Below, piece by piece: positions 10,113 through 20,299 of a stretch of DNA of 64,000 nt. The notes beneath the pieces were generated by a model. The model had not been told where the DNA came from. It did not search any database and worked only from the letters and a program-made list of their open reading frames with translations. Position 1 is the stretch's first letter. Each line of letters opens with the position of its first letter. Made by a program: the position numbers and the translations under genes. The DNA comes from an uncultured Dehalococcoidales bacterium (GTDB taxonomy: Bacteria; Chloroflexota; Dehalococcoidia; E44-bin15): NCBI GenBank assembly GCA_964443325.1, contig CAYUCL010000004.1, positions 5,885 to 69,884 of the forward strand. The letters are read 5' to 3'.

Positions 10113-11021
10113 TCAGGGCTGATAGATAAAGAAAGGCTCTTGCTCAGTTATTATTCTCTCTTCTTGGTCTATAGCCTCCCTCAAGGTCTTGGGGAGCGTG
10201 AAAAGGCCCCGGTGGGTGAGGCCATCATAGAACCTCAGCCCCTCTTTCATTCTTGAGGAGAGCTTGCGGTCTATCCCCTTTGAGGGGAGAAGGTTCAGCG
10301 TCTGTGAAGCGACAGCAAAGCCCCATACGCTGGCATAGCTTGGAATATGAGTAGCATAAGGGTAGACATGGGAGAAAACTGATTTCAGAGTATTGATAAT
10401 CGCGGTAAAGCACTCGTGACTTCCCCAGGAACTGGAGCCTGCCTGGAGGGAAAGGACACCTTCTGGGCCTAGCTTATCGGCAACAAGTTGATAGAACTCC
10501 TTAGTGTGCAGCGTACTGGCTGGCCCTTCCTCTATAGGCTCAGGCAGATCGAGAATAATCACATCGAACTTCTCCTGGCACTTCTCAAGATACCCTTTGA
10601 CATCAACGATGTGCAGCTCCAAACGGCTATCGTCAAAGGAGCCCTGGTGAAAGGAGGGGAGGAAACGGCGGCAGATATCGATTACCTCTTTGTCGATGTC
10701 AACCATAACCACCCTTTTCACCGAGGGATGCCTCAGCACCTCCCTGGCGGTCGCCCCCTCGCCACCCCCAGCGATGAATACGCTTTCGGGGTAGGGCTGA
10801 GTAATCATTGCGGGGTGAACCAGGGCTTCATGGTAGATAAATTCATCCTTTTCGCTCGACTGGATTTTGCCATCCAAGACTAAACATCTGCCAAAGCCGC
10901 CAGTGTCGATAATCTCAATAGATTGAAACTGAGTTTTCCCAGAATAGATCGTCTCTTTGATGCTATGGAGTTGAACCATATCAGGGGTGATATGGTCATA
11001 AAACCAGCTACTTTCACTCAT
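10113..11021 (-). CDS. speE: Polyamine aminopropyltransferase (spermidine synthase)
   Basis: FIAGGGEGATAREVL and VDIDKEVI motifs. The start overlaps the upstream speH by 8 nt. Confidence 0.85.
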   Translation of the reverse strand: MSESSWFYDHITPDMVQLHSIKETIYSGKTQFQSIEIIDTGGFGRCLVLDGKIQSSEKDEFIYHEALVHPAMITQPYPESVFIAGGGEGATAREVLRHPSVKRVVMVDIDKEVIDICRRFLPSFHQGSFDDSRLELHIVDVKGYLEKCQEKFDVIILDLPEPIEEGPASTLHTKEFYQLVADKLGPEGVLSLQAGSSSWGSHECFTAIINTLKSVFSHVYPYATHIPSYASVWGFAVASQTLNLLPSKGIDRKLSSRMKEGLRFYDGLTHRGLFTLPKTLREAIDQEERIITEQEPFFIYQP

Positions 11022-11385
11022 GGCTTACCGGGGATTTCACAATCCCCCTCTTTAGCTCTACAATAGAGGAGTCTTTAGCTTGAAGCTCTCTTACCAGGAG
11101 GTCTACTGCCATCTCTGGGCGAACGCGGCTGCCACAGGTGAAGATATCCACCGCAGCGTAGCCATGCTCCGGCCATGTATGAACCGAGAGGTGGGATTCA
11201 AGGACGATCACCACGCCGCTTACGCCGCCATAAGGCGGGAAAGTATGAAAGGAGTCGCTTATTATAGTAGCGCCTGCCTCTCTAGCAGCAGAGAGCAGAG
11301 CATCTCTCAGGAAATCTATGTCGCTTAAACGCTCCCTATTACAATCATTGAGTTCTAAGAGCACATGTTTTGCCAAAGCATCCAA
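11014..11385 (-). CDS. speH: S-adenosylmethionine decarboxylase proenzyme (small, class 1A)
   Basis: The SHLSVHTWPE self-processing motif (pyruvoyl-forming serine) is present. Confidence 0.8.
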   Translation of the reverse strand: MDALAKHVLLELNDCNRERLSDIDFLRDALLSAAREAGATIISDSFHTFPPYGGVSGVVIVLESHLSVHTWPEHGYAAVDIFTCGSRVRPEMAVDLLVRELQAKDSSIVELKRGIVKSPVSHE

Positions 11386-11475
11386 TCGGCCTACCTCCTC
11401 TAGTAAACACTGATCTACGTCTAGTTGTAGATTTTATATAATATCAGGCAGTTTAGCAATACATACCGCCGCTCA

Positions 11476-12207
11476 ATGGAACCGGTTGAAATGGAAAAGC
11501 TGCTATTTGAGAGCGAAAAAATAGACCTTGCTCAGGGAGCTTTGATCGCCTCAGGAGTGAACGAGGTACGTGAATTCAATAGCTGTATGGCTAAGATAGA
11601 CCAGTTCTGCCAGGAAATCGCTCACAATCTAAAAGGAAGCGAGGTAGAAAGGGCAAAGGAAATCTTCCACTGGCTATGGAAGTCTAAACCACATCGCTAC
11701 CAACAGCGTGGGAGCTTCAAGTTAAACGATGTTATAGATGCCCAGCTTGGTGAAACAGAGCCAGTAGGCAATTGCCTGGGACTAACAGTCCTCTATAACG
11801 TGCTCGTACAGAGATTCGGACTTGAGGTAAAGGCAGTTCACCTGGAATATGCCTTTGGTATTGGGCCTCATGTGTTCACTGTACTACACGCTGGGTCGCG
11901 CTCCATCGATATCGAGCACAGTCTCTCTTACGGCTTTGAATACCGTGTGCACAAGTATAATCCGCAAAGGGAGGAGTGGGGAGATAGGGAGCTTGTCGCC
12001 GATATTTACCATAGCGTGGCAAATAGTTCTGCTGAAGTTGGGAAGTGGGCAAAAGCCATCGAAGGTTACGATAAGGCAATTGGGTTGAACCCAGAATATA
12101 ACAAAGCACGCCTTAATAAAGGGATCGCCTTAGCCGAACTCGGTCGAGTTGAGGAGGCGAAGGACTGGTTTAAAGAGAAGTCGCCCGGAGCGCCCTGCGG
12201 CTCTTGA
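11476..12207 (+). CDS. Transglutaminase-like domain protein with C-terminal TPR
   Basis: GNCLGLT...H...D core consistent with a transglutaminase-like cysteine-protease fold. C-terminal TPR-like helices. Confidence 0.4.
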   Translation: MEPVEMEKLLFESEKIDLAQGALIASGVNEVREFNSCMAKIDQFCQEIAHNLKGSEVERAKEIFHWLWKSKPHRYQQRGSFKLNDVIDAQLGETEPVGNCLGLTVLYNVLVQRFGLEVKAVHLEYAFGIGPHVFTVLHAGSRSIDIEHSLSYGFEYRVHKYNPQREEWGDRELVADIYHSVANSSAEVGKWAKAIEGYDKAIGLNPEYNKARLNKGIALAELGRVEEAKDWFKEKSPGAPCGS

Positions 12208-12673
12208 GCCACGGCCCCAGAGCGAGGAACTCGCCTCGGTGAAATAGTATTTGGAAAGCCAGGGCGAGGAGGAAAAAGTCGAGGGCTAGAGTTTGCGACC
12301 CCAGCACCACCGCTACCTCACCGAAGCAGCCGCAGGGCATTTCCATCCCCCTGGCAAAGGCCATGCTCTTAGCAATAACGAAGCTGATAAGCACCAGAAT
12401 GCTCAACGAGGAGCTGATTCTTAATAGTAATCCTGAGACCAGAAAAACGCCAAAGGCCACCTCAAGTGGAGGAAGAACATAGCCATAAATCTGAACAAAC
12501 GAATAGTAGGGAAATACTTGATATTCGTTGACAATCTGTACGAACCCCTGAAGCTGTCCTAGTTTGGCCGCTCCGGCAAAGATAAATACACCACCCAGCG
12601 CAAACCTGGTGAAAAGAGTGAGGTAGCGATGGGTCAGCACTTGCCCGATTCGGTTGATGCTTGGTGCAGGCAC
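12170..12673 (-). CDS. DoxX/MauE-like membrane protein
   Basis: Four predicted TM helices and a CGCFG motif. Confidence 0.45.
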   Translation of the reverse strand: MPAPSINRIGQVLTHRYLTLFTRFALGGVFIFAGAAKLGQLQGFVQIVNEYQVFPYYSFVQIYGYVLPPLEVAFGVFLVSGLLLRISSSLSILVLISFVIAKSMAFARGMEMPCGCFGEVAVVLGSQTLALDFFLLALAFQILFHRGEFLALGPWLKSRRALRATSL

Positions 12674-12750
12674 GCTGAAATTATACCACAGTTCGCCTTA
12701 CCTTTCTCTCTTTGTTGACATCATAATAGGCGAGAACATAAAATACTCCT

Positions 12751-12828
<78 letters not shown>

Positions 12829-12873
12829 TAAAGCAACCAGCAACTCCTTGAGAGACATGACGTAGATAAAAAG

Positions 12874-12959
12874 GCCGGAGTGGCGGAATAGGTAGACGCG
12901 ACGGTCTCAAAAACCGTTGGGGGGCGACTCCCGTGTCGGTTCGATCCCGACCTTCGGCA
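12874..12959 (+). tRNA. tRNA-Leu (CAA)
   Basis: Long variable arm, anticodon loop CTCAAAA, T-loop GGTTCGATCC. CCA is not encoded. Confidence 0.8.
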
Positions 12960-13048
12960 TTGTTTCGAGCGCTGGCATATATAGCTGTTCCTCAGCAACG
13001 AAAAGCGTTAAGTCCAAAGAGAAACTGGAACACAAAAGGGTGAGAGAT

Positions 13049-13122
13049 TGCCGAGTTGTGTAGTGGTAGCACGGGGGACTTTGGATCCCTAAGCCCAGGT
13101 TCGAATCCTGGCTCGGCAGCCA
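13049..13122 (+). tRNA. tRNA-Gln (TTG)
   Basis: U1:A72 pair with a G73 discriminator, typical of bacterial tRNA-Gln. Anticodon loop CTTTGGA and an encoded CCA. Confidence 0.7.
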
Positions 13123-13152
13123 CGTGAGGATAATCAGCAAGAGGGTTTCATT

Positions 13153-14340
13153 TTGGCTACAGCATTGCAGCATATCAAGGTATTGGATTTCACCAGGGCC
13201 CTGGCCGGCCCTTTTTGCACATTTAAGTTAGCACAACTGGGGGCGGAGGTAATCAAAATCGAGATACCCGGGGAGGGGGATGCATCCAGAACGAACGATC
13301 CCCAGACAGAGGGTGGGGAAAGCTATATGTTCATCAGCGTGAATCGCGGAAAGAAAAGCATCACCTTGAATCTGGCCGCTGAGAAGGGTCGGGAGATATG
13401 CAAACAGTTGGTTGAAAAGGTGGACGTTGTAGTCGAGAATTTTAGCCCCGGGGTGATGGTCAGGCTTGGCCTTGATTATGAAGAACTCAGTAGAGTTACC
13501 CCAGGATTGATATATGCTTCATCGTCAGGGTTTGGGCACACCGGTCCTTACAGTGCACGACCAGCATACGACACAATAGCTCAAGCCATGGGAGGGCTGA
13601 TGAGCCAAAATGGGTTTCCTGATGGCCCACCTACTATGGTGGGAGTGGCAGTATCGGATATGCTCGCTGGCCTCTATAATACAATCTCTATTCTAGCAGC
13701 ATTACAACACCGGTCGATAACAGGCGAAGGCCAATACATCGACATATCGATGCAGGACTGCACATGGGATGTTGCCGGCGCGGGGGCCGCTGCCTTGTAC
13801 TATGGGACCGGCCAGATTCCGCAGAGAAAGGGCAATCGCTACTTCGGTACCTTTGGTGTTTTTCCCGCCAAGGATGGCGATGTGGTGATAGACGTTGTCA
13901 CCATTGGACAATGGGAAAACCTAATGCGGGTTATGGGAAGAGAGGACTTGTTAGAGATTGAACAGTATGTGGACCGAACAAAGCGAACGGAAGTTTCGGG
14001 GGAAATAAGTGCCCTGGTGGAGGCATGGACTGGAGAAAGGACTATAGAAGAGATAGTTAAGCTGCTCAGCGACGCTCACTTGCCAGCGTCACCGGTTCCT
14101 CCATTTGAACAGGTGGCTAATGACCCTCAACTCCTGAGTCGAAATATGGTAGCCGAAGTCGACCAGGTTATCTCAGGCAAAGTCAAGGTGACTGGATCCC
14201 CCTTTAAATTGTCAAAAACGCCAGGTGACCCAACGCTCCCTGCCCCTTTTCTTGGCCAGCATAACCACGAGATATACTGCGATGTCCTGGGATATAGCGA
14301 ACAAGAAATACGGCAATTATCCGATGATGGTATAATATAA
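13153..14340 (+). CDS. CoA-transferase family III (CaiB/BaiF-like)
   Basis: An N-terminal FTRALAGPFC-type motif and the 395-aa length are typical of CoA-transferase family III. Confidence 0.8.
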   Translation: MATALQHIKVLDFTRALAGPFCTFKLAQLGAEVIKIEIPGEGDASRTNDPQTEGGESYMFISVNRGKKSITLNLAAEKGREICKQLVEKVDVVVENFSPGVMVRLGLDYEELSRVTPGLIYASSSGFGHTGPYSARPAYDTIAQAMGGLMSQNGFPDGPPTMVGVAVSDMLAGLYNTISILAALQHRSITGEGQYIDISMQDCTWDVAGAGAAALYYGTGQIPQRKGNRYFGTFGVFPAKDGDVVIDVVTIGQWENLMRVMGREDLLEIEQYVDRTKRTEVSGEISALVEAWTGERTIEEIVKLLSDAHLPASPVPPFEQVANDPQLLSRNMVAEVDQVISGKVKVTGSPFKLSKTPGDPTLPAPFLGQHNHEIYCDVLGYSEQEIRQLSDDGII

Positions 14341-14384
14341 AGAGTAGCCAGCGTCTTCTTATGACGTCATTATGAACAACAGGT

Positions 14385-14459
14385 TCCCCGGTAGCTCAAT
14401 GGTAGAGCGGGCGGCTGTTAACCGCTAGGTTGTAGGTTCGAATCCTTCCCGGGGAGCCA
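14385..14459 (+). tRNA. tRNA-Asn (GTT)
   Basis: Acceptor TCCCCGG/CCGGGGA, anticodon loop CTGTTAA, T-loop GGTTCGAATCC, CCA encoded. Confidence 0.85.
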
Positions 14460-14682
14460 TTTTGCTTTCTTTAAAACTGACTAGATACAAAATGCTCCGA
14501 AATTTGGGATTTTGCCCTATAAGACCAAAATTTGCTTGTTGAAGGGGAGCTTACTATAATAGATCTGATAGAAATAAAAGCGATATGAAGAAAACAGGTA
14601 CTGAAGACAATAGACATAAAGTTTAATGTTTTCATTGTGAGGTGATTTTACCTTAGAATCTTCTGTAAATTGGGAGGCACCA

Positions 14683-15453
14683 ATGCGATATTGGGTACTT
14701 AAAACTACGGAAGGCCGATACGGAACAGATTACTGGGAACGATTCTTGCAGAAAAAGGTTATTGCCATAGGGTGGCACGAGATCCCCGTGAGTCCAGATA
14801 AGGTTAGCCAAGAAGAGCTTGAATCATCTCTGAGGGAGACATATCCCTGTACTGAACGAGGTGCTAAGTACGCTGCTAGGACGGTCAGAAGGTTTGTAAA
14901 CATTGGTGAGAAAGATATCATTCTACTGTGCCGAGGATATCCAGCCAACTATGACGGGGACATCCACATTTATGGAGTTGCTCAGGTAGCTGGACCTTTC
15001 TACGACGATCGAGATTCTGATTGGTGGAGATTTAAACATAAAGCAAATATTCAAGTCATAGAAAGATATGTTCCAAAGAGCCTTCTAGTAAAAACACTTA
15101 AGAAAGCCAGTATGCTCCAGACGTTACACAAGATCGACGTAAAGGGATTTGACGAACTTCTATCAGCGCTGCGCTCAGACTACGGGATCAACATTGACAT
15201 TATTGAGGGACGAGGAGGTGATTTTAAGGTTCGTCAATTTAAAATAATAGTTGAAAAGGCCCCAGATGGCTATGTGGCGTATCCTTTAGGGTTAAAAGGC
15301 GTTGTGATAGGGCAAGGGGATACCTATGAGGAAGCCGTCTCTGACGTAAAATCTGCAATCCAGTTCCATATTGAGACTTTCGGCAAAGAAGTCGTTGAAC
15401 TGGAGCCCCCTGTTCTTGAAGCCTTCATTGCTGAGGTAGGAGTAACTGTTTGA
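14683..15453 (+). CDS. HicB-family antitoxin with a ~165-aa N-terminal PUA/EVE-like extension
   Basis: The C-terminal ~70 aa (GYVAYPLGLKGVVIGQGDTYEEAVSDVKSAIQFHIE) match the HicB/UPF0150 fold. The N-terminus (MRYWVLKT...IAIGW...DIILL...IYGVAQV) resembles the EVE/PUA pattern. The stop overlaps the hicA start by 4 nt. Confidence 0.6.
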   Translation: MRYWVLKTTEGRYGTDYWERFLQKKVIAIGWHEIPVSPDKVSQEELESSLRETYPCTERGAKYAARTVRRFVNIGEKDIILLCRGYPANYDGDIHIYGVAQVAGPFYDDRDSDWWRFKHKANIQVIERYVPKSLLVKTLKKASMLQTLHKIDVKGFDELLSALRSDYGINIDIIEGRGGDFKVRQFKIIVEKAPDGYVAYPLGLKGVVIGQGDTYEEAVSDVKSAIQFHIETFGKEVVELEPPVLEAFIAEVGVTV

Positions 15454-15692
15454 CAGAGAAGTTTCCTGTGGATGCGCCCAAGTCACGGGTCATAAAGGCA
15501 TTTGAGATTCTGGGCTTCAGACTGGTTAGGGAAAAGGAACATATTTCGATGGTACGCGAAAACCCTGACGGGAGTAAAACGCCTCTGACAATGCCAGGTC
15601 ATCAGAGGATAAAGAGTTCAACATTGAGGACAATATGTGCTAAAGCAGGGATACCGAGAGACGACTTTTTAAAAGCCTACAATAAGACATAG
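15450..15692 (+). CDS. hicA: HicA-family mRNA interferase toxin
   Basis: An 80-aa YcfA/HicA fold with RVIKAFEILGFRLVREKEHISMVRENPDG...TMPGH...TLRTICAKAGI. Confidence 0.8.
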   Translation: MTEKFPVDAPKSRVIKAFEILGFRLVREKEHISMVRENPDGSKTPLTMPGHQRIKSSTLRTICAKAGIPRDDFLKAYNKT

Positions 15693-15858
15693 CTTATGTA
15701 ATAGCATTTGTCACCGCATATACGCATCACGCTAACAAACCACACATTGAAAAAAGTTCGAGTTTTCCCACTGCTCGGGGAGCCAAGACTATTTAAACAA
15801 AGAACTTTCTCACTCACCGCTAGCTACTCCATCTTCAAGAGGAGGAGCGCCGACCACG

Positions 15859-17040
15859 TCATCGCGTTCTGGTGAATGCCGGGATACCAGTAATATCAGA
15901 CCCCAGAATGAGTGTGTGGATATGATCGGTGCCCTGATACGTATACACTGACTCAATATTTGCCATGTGTCTCATCGGAGAATAATCCAGAGATATGCCA
16001 TTTGCCCCCAGCAGTTCACGCGCCGTGCTGACACACATGCGGGCAACAGAGACATTGTTCTTCTTAGCCATAGAAATCTGCTGGTGCCTGGCTTTCCCCT
16101 CATCAAGGAGTCTTCCCAACCTGTAGGCTAAGAGTTGCCCTTTGGTAATCTCCATCAACATTGTTACAAGTTTATCCTGCACCAATTGGTAGGAAGCGAT
16201 GGGCGACCCAAACTGTTCCCTTTCCTTAGCGTAATTCAAGGCTGTCTCATAGCAATCCATGGCAGCACCAATCGCTCCCCATGCTATGGCATACCGCGCC
16301 TGATTAAGGCACATAAACGTAGACCGCAAACCTGTTGTTTCTGGCAGTGCGTTCTCGCCTGCTATAACGCAGTCTGAAAACCCGAGTTCGCCAACATCGC
16401 CGGCTCTCATTGAGCCCTTGTGATCTTGGAAACTTTGAGTGAATCCCTCCGTGCCTCGTTCCACCAGAAACCCTCTTACTCCATCATCCGTCCGCGCCCA
16501 AACAACCGCGATATCAGCGACCGACGCTTCGCTTATCCACTGTTTTGTTCCATTGATAACCCATTTGTTGCCATCCTTTCTCGCCACCACTTCCATTGAG
16601 GCTACGTCTGAGCCGTAGTTTGGCTCCGTTAGCCCAAAGCACCCTATGACTTCTCCTTTAGCGATGGATGGCAGCCATTTATTCTTCTGCTCTTCGGACC
16701 CAAATCTCCATATGGGATACATCACCAATCCCGATTGAACACCGACAAAGCTCCTGAGAGCGCTGTCCACCCTCTCCAGCTCCTGGCATATAAGTCCAAA
16801 TGTCATATAGTTTGCACCGGCGGCACCATACTCTTTGGGAACAACGGGGCCAATTATACCCAACTCCCCCATCCTGGGAGCAAGTTCCCGCGTATTCAAC
16901 GGCTCCTCCTGGTGGAAGGCGTTAACAATAAGCGGCTCAATATCTTTTTCCAGGAAATCCCTTACCATGTTTCTGGTCATCTTCTCTTCATCGGAAAGCA
17001 ACTCATCGATATCATAGTAATCTACACCTTCGAACTTCAT
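15859..17040 (-). CDS. Acyl-CoA dehydrogenase (glutaryl-CoA dehydrogenase-like)
   Basis: ACAD domains, 393 aa, with a conserved C-terminal helical domain. Confidence 0.75.
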   Translation of the reverse strand: MKFEGVDYYDIDELLSDEEKMTRNMVRDFLEKDIEPLIVNAFHQEEPLNTRELAPRMGELGIIGPVVPKEYGAAGANYMTFGLICQELERVDSALRSFVGVQSGLVMYPIWRFGSEEQKNKWLPSIAKGEVIGCFGLTEPNYGSDVASMEVVARKDGNKWVINGTKQWISEASVADIAVVWARTDDGVRGFLVERGTEGFTQSFQDHKGSMRAGDVGELGFSDCVIAGENALPETTGLRSTFMCLNQARYAIAWGAIGAAMDCYETALNYAKEREQFGSPIASYQLVQDKLVTMLMEITKGQLLAYRLGRLLDEGKARHQQISMAKKNNVSVARMCVSTARELLGANGISLDYSPMRHMANIESVYTYQGTDHIHTLILGSDITGIPAFTRTR

Positions 17041-17160
17041 GCGAGATTCACCTCCTCAAAGCTTCGTTCTGCACTTCGCCAGCAGCGCTGGCGCAACATG
17101 ATGGATGGCTTACCGACAAGCTTTACCCTGCTTGTCACGAATACAACCACTGGTTACCAA

Positions 17161-17532
17161 TTACTTTATCTCGTAGGAGCCAAAGATAAAGTCTAAGTCC
17201 TCTTCCAACGCCGAGACATTGGCGGGACGAAACAGCTTCTCATCGATATCAAGCATCATTTTCGTTTCACCGATGGCCGACCCCACAATGTGCACCCTTA
17301 CACACTCCTTTTGCCCTTTGCCTCCCTGGGTAGGCATTTTGAATGTAATAGTCGCCCGGGAAACGTGCGATGACCCTCCGGGAAGCGAGTATGTTTCCAG
17401 TTTTCTTTCCCCTAATGTTGCACCCTGCTTTATGACAAGGTCTTGCACCTCGTCATAGAGCATCTCCGGGTTAATGTTCTTGTATGCTTTTTTCACCTGC
17501 ATTCTTTTCCTTCTCCCTTTCCAAATCTCCAC
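17161..17532 (-). CDS. Hypothetical protein
   Basis: Open frame of 123 aa with no recognisable family. Tightly spaced with the downstream GGCT-like gene. Confidence 0.3.
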   Translation of the reverse strand: MEIWKGRRKRMQVKKAYKNINPEMLYDEVQDLVIKQGATLGERKLETYSLPGGSSHVSRATITFKMPTQGGKGQKECVRVHIVGSAIGETKMMLDIDEKLFRPANVSALEEDLDFIFGSYEIK

Positions 17533-17535
17533 GGT

Positions 17536-17937
17536 TCATACGATTCCCCAGTCTTTGTAACCCTGCTGTATTATTGCCACATATTCCAGAGAAGGCTGTG
17601 TCTCCTCTGATTGCTCCCGCATAATGTAGGTTATGGATTCCACACGCTCAGCATCCTCTGTTATCACCATCTTATTCACCCGATTGTAAATGGTGGGGTA
17701 GCCCTCATGCTTATCCAGCGACCTCAAGCATTTGTCCGAAATTTCATAAATAGCTCCGATAACTTTCTCACCTTGAAATGGCCTGATGGTGGCAGTTCCA
17801 CCGTGCCAATTTCTTGACCATCCAGAAAATATCAGCTTATGATTCGGCAAGGTAGCTACGAATTTGGGCTGACAATCAGGGCAGCGTGCCGACATCTGCC
17901 TACGACTTAGATTGGAGGCATAGGCAAAATAATTCAT
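17536..17937 (-). CDS. Gamma-glutamyl cyclotransferase-like (AIG2/GGCT) protein
   Basis: The MNYFAYASNL start matches the family's YGSNM motif region. The tracked ORF has a 32-aa N-terminal extension that is probably not translated. Confidence 0.6.
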   Translation of the reverse strand: MNYFAYASNLSRRQMSARCPDCQPKFVATLPNHKLIFSGWSRNWHGGTATIRPFQGEKVIGAIYEISDKCLRSLDKHEGYPTIYNRVNKMVITEDAERVESITYIMREQSEETQPSLEYVAIIQQGYKDWGIV

Positions 17938-18191
17938 TATGCTCTCTCTCCCCACCTGCCTGACTGGACCTACAGCGTACTTCACGGTATTATAACATCT
18001 TGCAGTTCCGTTTATAACTGTTGAAGACGACAAGCCGCTTGTTTGCAGGCTGGCAGGAAAATCCTCTGTGGATTGCGGCCTCTTGGCCTTCCCATCATTG
18101 ACCCAGCAGATACATTCTGTTACAGTGCACGTTAACTACAGACAATCTACTTATCATCAAGTCAAGGAGCTATGCTCGGCAAGGTACGACA

Positions 18192-20195
18192 ATGAACGAT
18201 AAAGCTGATACTGTTAAGGAAACAAACCGGTTATTACAAGGCATCGGATGGCTGGCAGATCGACCCCTTTTGACCGAGCTCAGTCTTCTAGCGCTAACGG
18301 TTCTTTTCGGGCTACAGGTGCTGAGGATGCTGGTGCCTGGTCTCGTCTGGTTGCTGGGCGACCGAATGGGCTGGAGCGCAATAGAGGCGGGCGGACTTGC
18401 CGCCATTATATTCCTCACCGCTTTCCTGGCAGGGCCACTCCGCCGTTTGCTGGGCAACCGCCTGGTAGTGATGGTCACCGCCGGCGGACTAGGTCTATTG
18501 CGATTAGTCATGCAGATTTGCCCGGGTATGCCATTGGTCCATCTGATCCTGGCAATGGTGGCAACAGCGCTGTTCGTTCTTTTCCTACCACCTTATCTGC
18601 GCAATTTGCGTAGCCGTGGCCGCCGGAGCATGGGCCACCTTGCTCTAGCACTATTAGTGGGTCTGATATTGGATACCGCCATTCACGGCGCCTTTAATAC
18701 CTATGACATAGGCTGGCAATCAGGTTTGCTGCCCTTGCTATTGACGCTATTCCTGGTACTGGTTCAATGGATAATGTTAGCAGGTATGACGTTCACGAGG
18801 AGTGTACATGCTGCCGGGACGCCCGATACCACAGCTCACGGAGTGCCAATGGGAAAGTCGTTTACCTGGTTGGCTATCGGACCCTTCCTGTTCCTTCAGT
18901 TGGTGATTTTCCAGAACATAGCCCGTCTGGCAGTGCTAACTGGTTGGCGGCTACCTTTAGCTTTTGGCTGGATACTGCTGGGCCAACTAGTTGGTCTAAT
19001 CGCCGCCGTATGGGTGCTACGTTGGAGACCGCGGACCTCGTGGCCCCTGGCCCTGATCTGCGGCCTTGGTCTGGTTGTCATTCTGGCGTTACAACACGTT
19101 CAAGTCGAGGTGCCAGCAGCCGTACTGTTCCTGGTCGGACAGATACTGTTATCGCTGCTAATCGTTCTGGTTTTCATTGGCATTGGAGAGAGCGCCCCGA
19201 AAGCGGGCTTCTCTAGCATCAACGTGGCCAATGGCCTGGGTATGATCCTTTTGCTGCTATTTATCCTCGCCTATTATGCGGTCTATGACATGAATCTTCC
19301 TTATAGTAACACCATCATAGAGCCCATAGCAGCTTTCGTTGTGGCAGCCTGCGCCATAGGTGCGTCTACTGGCCTGCGCCAAAGGATAAGGCTCCCCCGC
19401 AGGGTATGGCTGGCACCAGCCCTGGCGCTGCTCCTGCTGATAATACCCCTGGTAGGGGCTACCACCTGGCGGGCGCCGACTGCGGTCTCCGGTGAAGGCT
19501 TTCCAGTTCGCGTAATGACCTACAATCTGCACAACGGCTTCAACACGGAGGGGCGTCTTGATATGGAGGCGCTGGCCCAGGTCATTGAGGATAGCGATCC
19601 TGATATCGTAGCGCTACAAGAGATATCCAGGGGATGGGTAGTCAGCGGCAGACTCGATATGCTGATATGGCTATCGCAGCGGCTCGACTTGCCATATATT
19701 TTTGGCCCCACTGCAGACCCCTGCTGGGGAAATGCAATCCTCAGCCGCTACCCTATCGTAGAATATACCCAGCATGATTTGCCGCCTCGCGATCTAATCG
19801 TACCACGAGGCTTCACCGCGGCACTGATAGACCTGGGCAACGGCGATAGCCTGTGGGTCATCGCCACCCACTATCATCACATCGAGGGAGACACCGATAT
19901 TCGCCAGGTTCAATCCCATAGCATCATTGCCTTCTGGGAGGGTGAAGAGCGTACTGTGCTAATGGGAGACCTGAACGCGGAACCCAACGATGTTGAGATG
20001 GAGATGCTGCAGACCGTCGGCCTTGCGGATGCTATGGCAGGAATAGACCCTCCAGAATATACTTTCCCCTCGTTCGATCCCGACAGACGTATCGATTATA
20101 TACGAGTCTCGCCTGACCTAAGTGCCAGCAATGCTCACGTGCCGGTGAGCACCGCCTCTGATCACCTACCCGTAGTCGTAGAAATTGACCGCTAA
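18192..20195 (+). CDS. Polytopic membrane protein with C-terminal endonuclease/exonuclease/phosphatase (EEP) domain
   Basis: About 12 hydrophobic helices. The C-terminus has EEP motifs (VMTYNLHNGFN, ALQEISRGW, GDLNAEPN, SDHLPV). Confidence 0.7.
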   Translation: MNDKADTVKETNRLLQGIGWLADRPLLTELSLLALTVLFGLQVLRMLVPGLVWLLGDRMGWSAIEAGGLAAIIFLTAFLAGPLRRLLGNRLVVMVTAGGLGLLRLVMQICPGMPLVHLILAMVATALFVLFLPPYLRNLRSRGRRSMGHLALALLVGLILDTAIHGAFNTYDIGWQSGLLPLLLTLFLVLVQWIMLAGMTFTRSVHAAGTPDTTAHGVPMGKSFTWLAIGPFLFLQLVIFQNIARLAVLTGWRLPLAFGWILLGQLVGLIAAVWVLRWRPRTSWPLALICGLGLVVILALQHVQVEVPAAVLFLVGQILLSLLIVLVFIGIGESAPKAGFSSINVANGLGMILLLLFILAYYAVYDMNLPYSNTIIEPIAAFVVAACAIGASTGLRQRIRLPRRVWLAPALALLLLIIPLVGATTWRAPTAVSGEGFPVRVMTYNLHNGFNTEGRLDMEALAQVIEDSDPDIVALQEISRGWVVSGRLDMLIWLSQRLDLPYIFGPTADPCWGNAILSRYPIVEYTQHDLPPRDLIVPRGFTAALIDLGNGDSLWVIATHYHHIEGDTDIRQVQSHSIIAFWEGEERTVLMGDLNAEPNDVEMEMLQTVGLADAMAGIDPPEYTFPSFDPDRRIDYIRVSPDLSASNAHVPVSTASDHLPVVVEIDR

Positions 20196-20299
20196 ACCAG
20201 GAGGGCAGCTTCCAACCCCATTACAGAGATGGGTGCTGCTCTCGCCTTTGAGATTTCGTTGCCACACGAATCCTTGGGGAGCTTTCCTGTTTAGCTATA

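Noticed and set aside
18248-19216. Alternative-frame ORFs (121 aa and 149 aa) inside the membrane/EEP gene
   Set aside because: They are nested in a long, well-supported 667-aa ORF and have Pro/Arg-rich low-complexity translations typical of off-frame GC-rich sequence.
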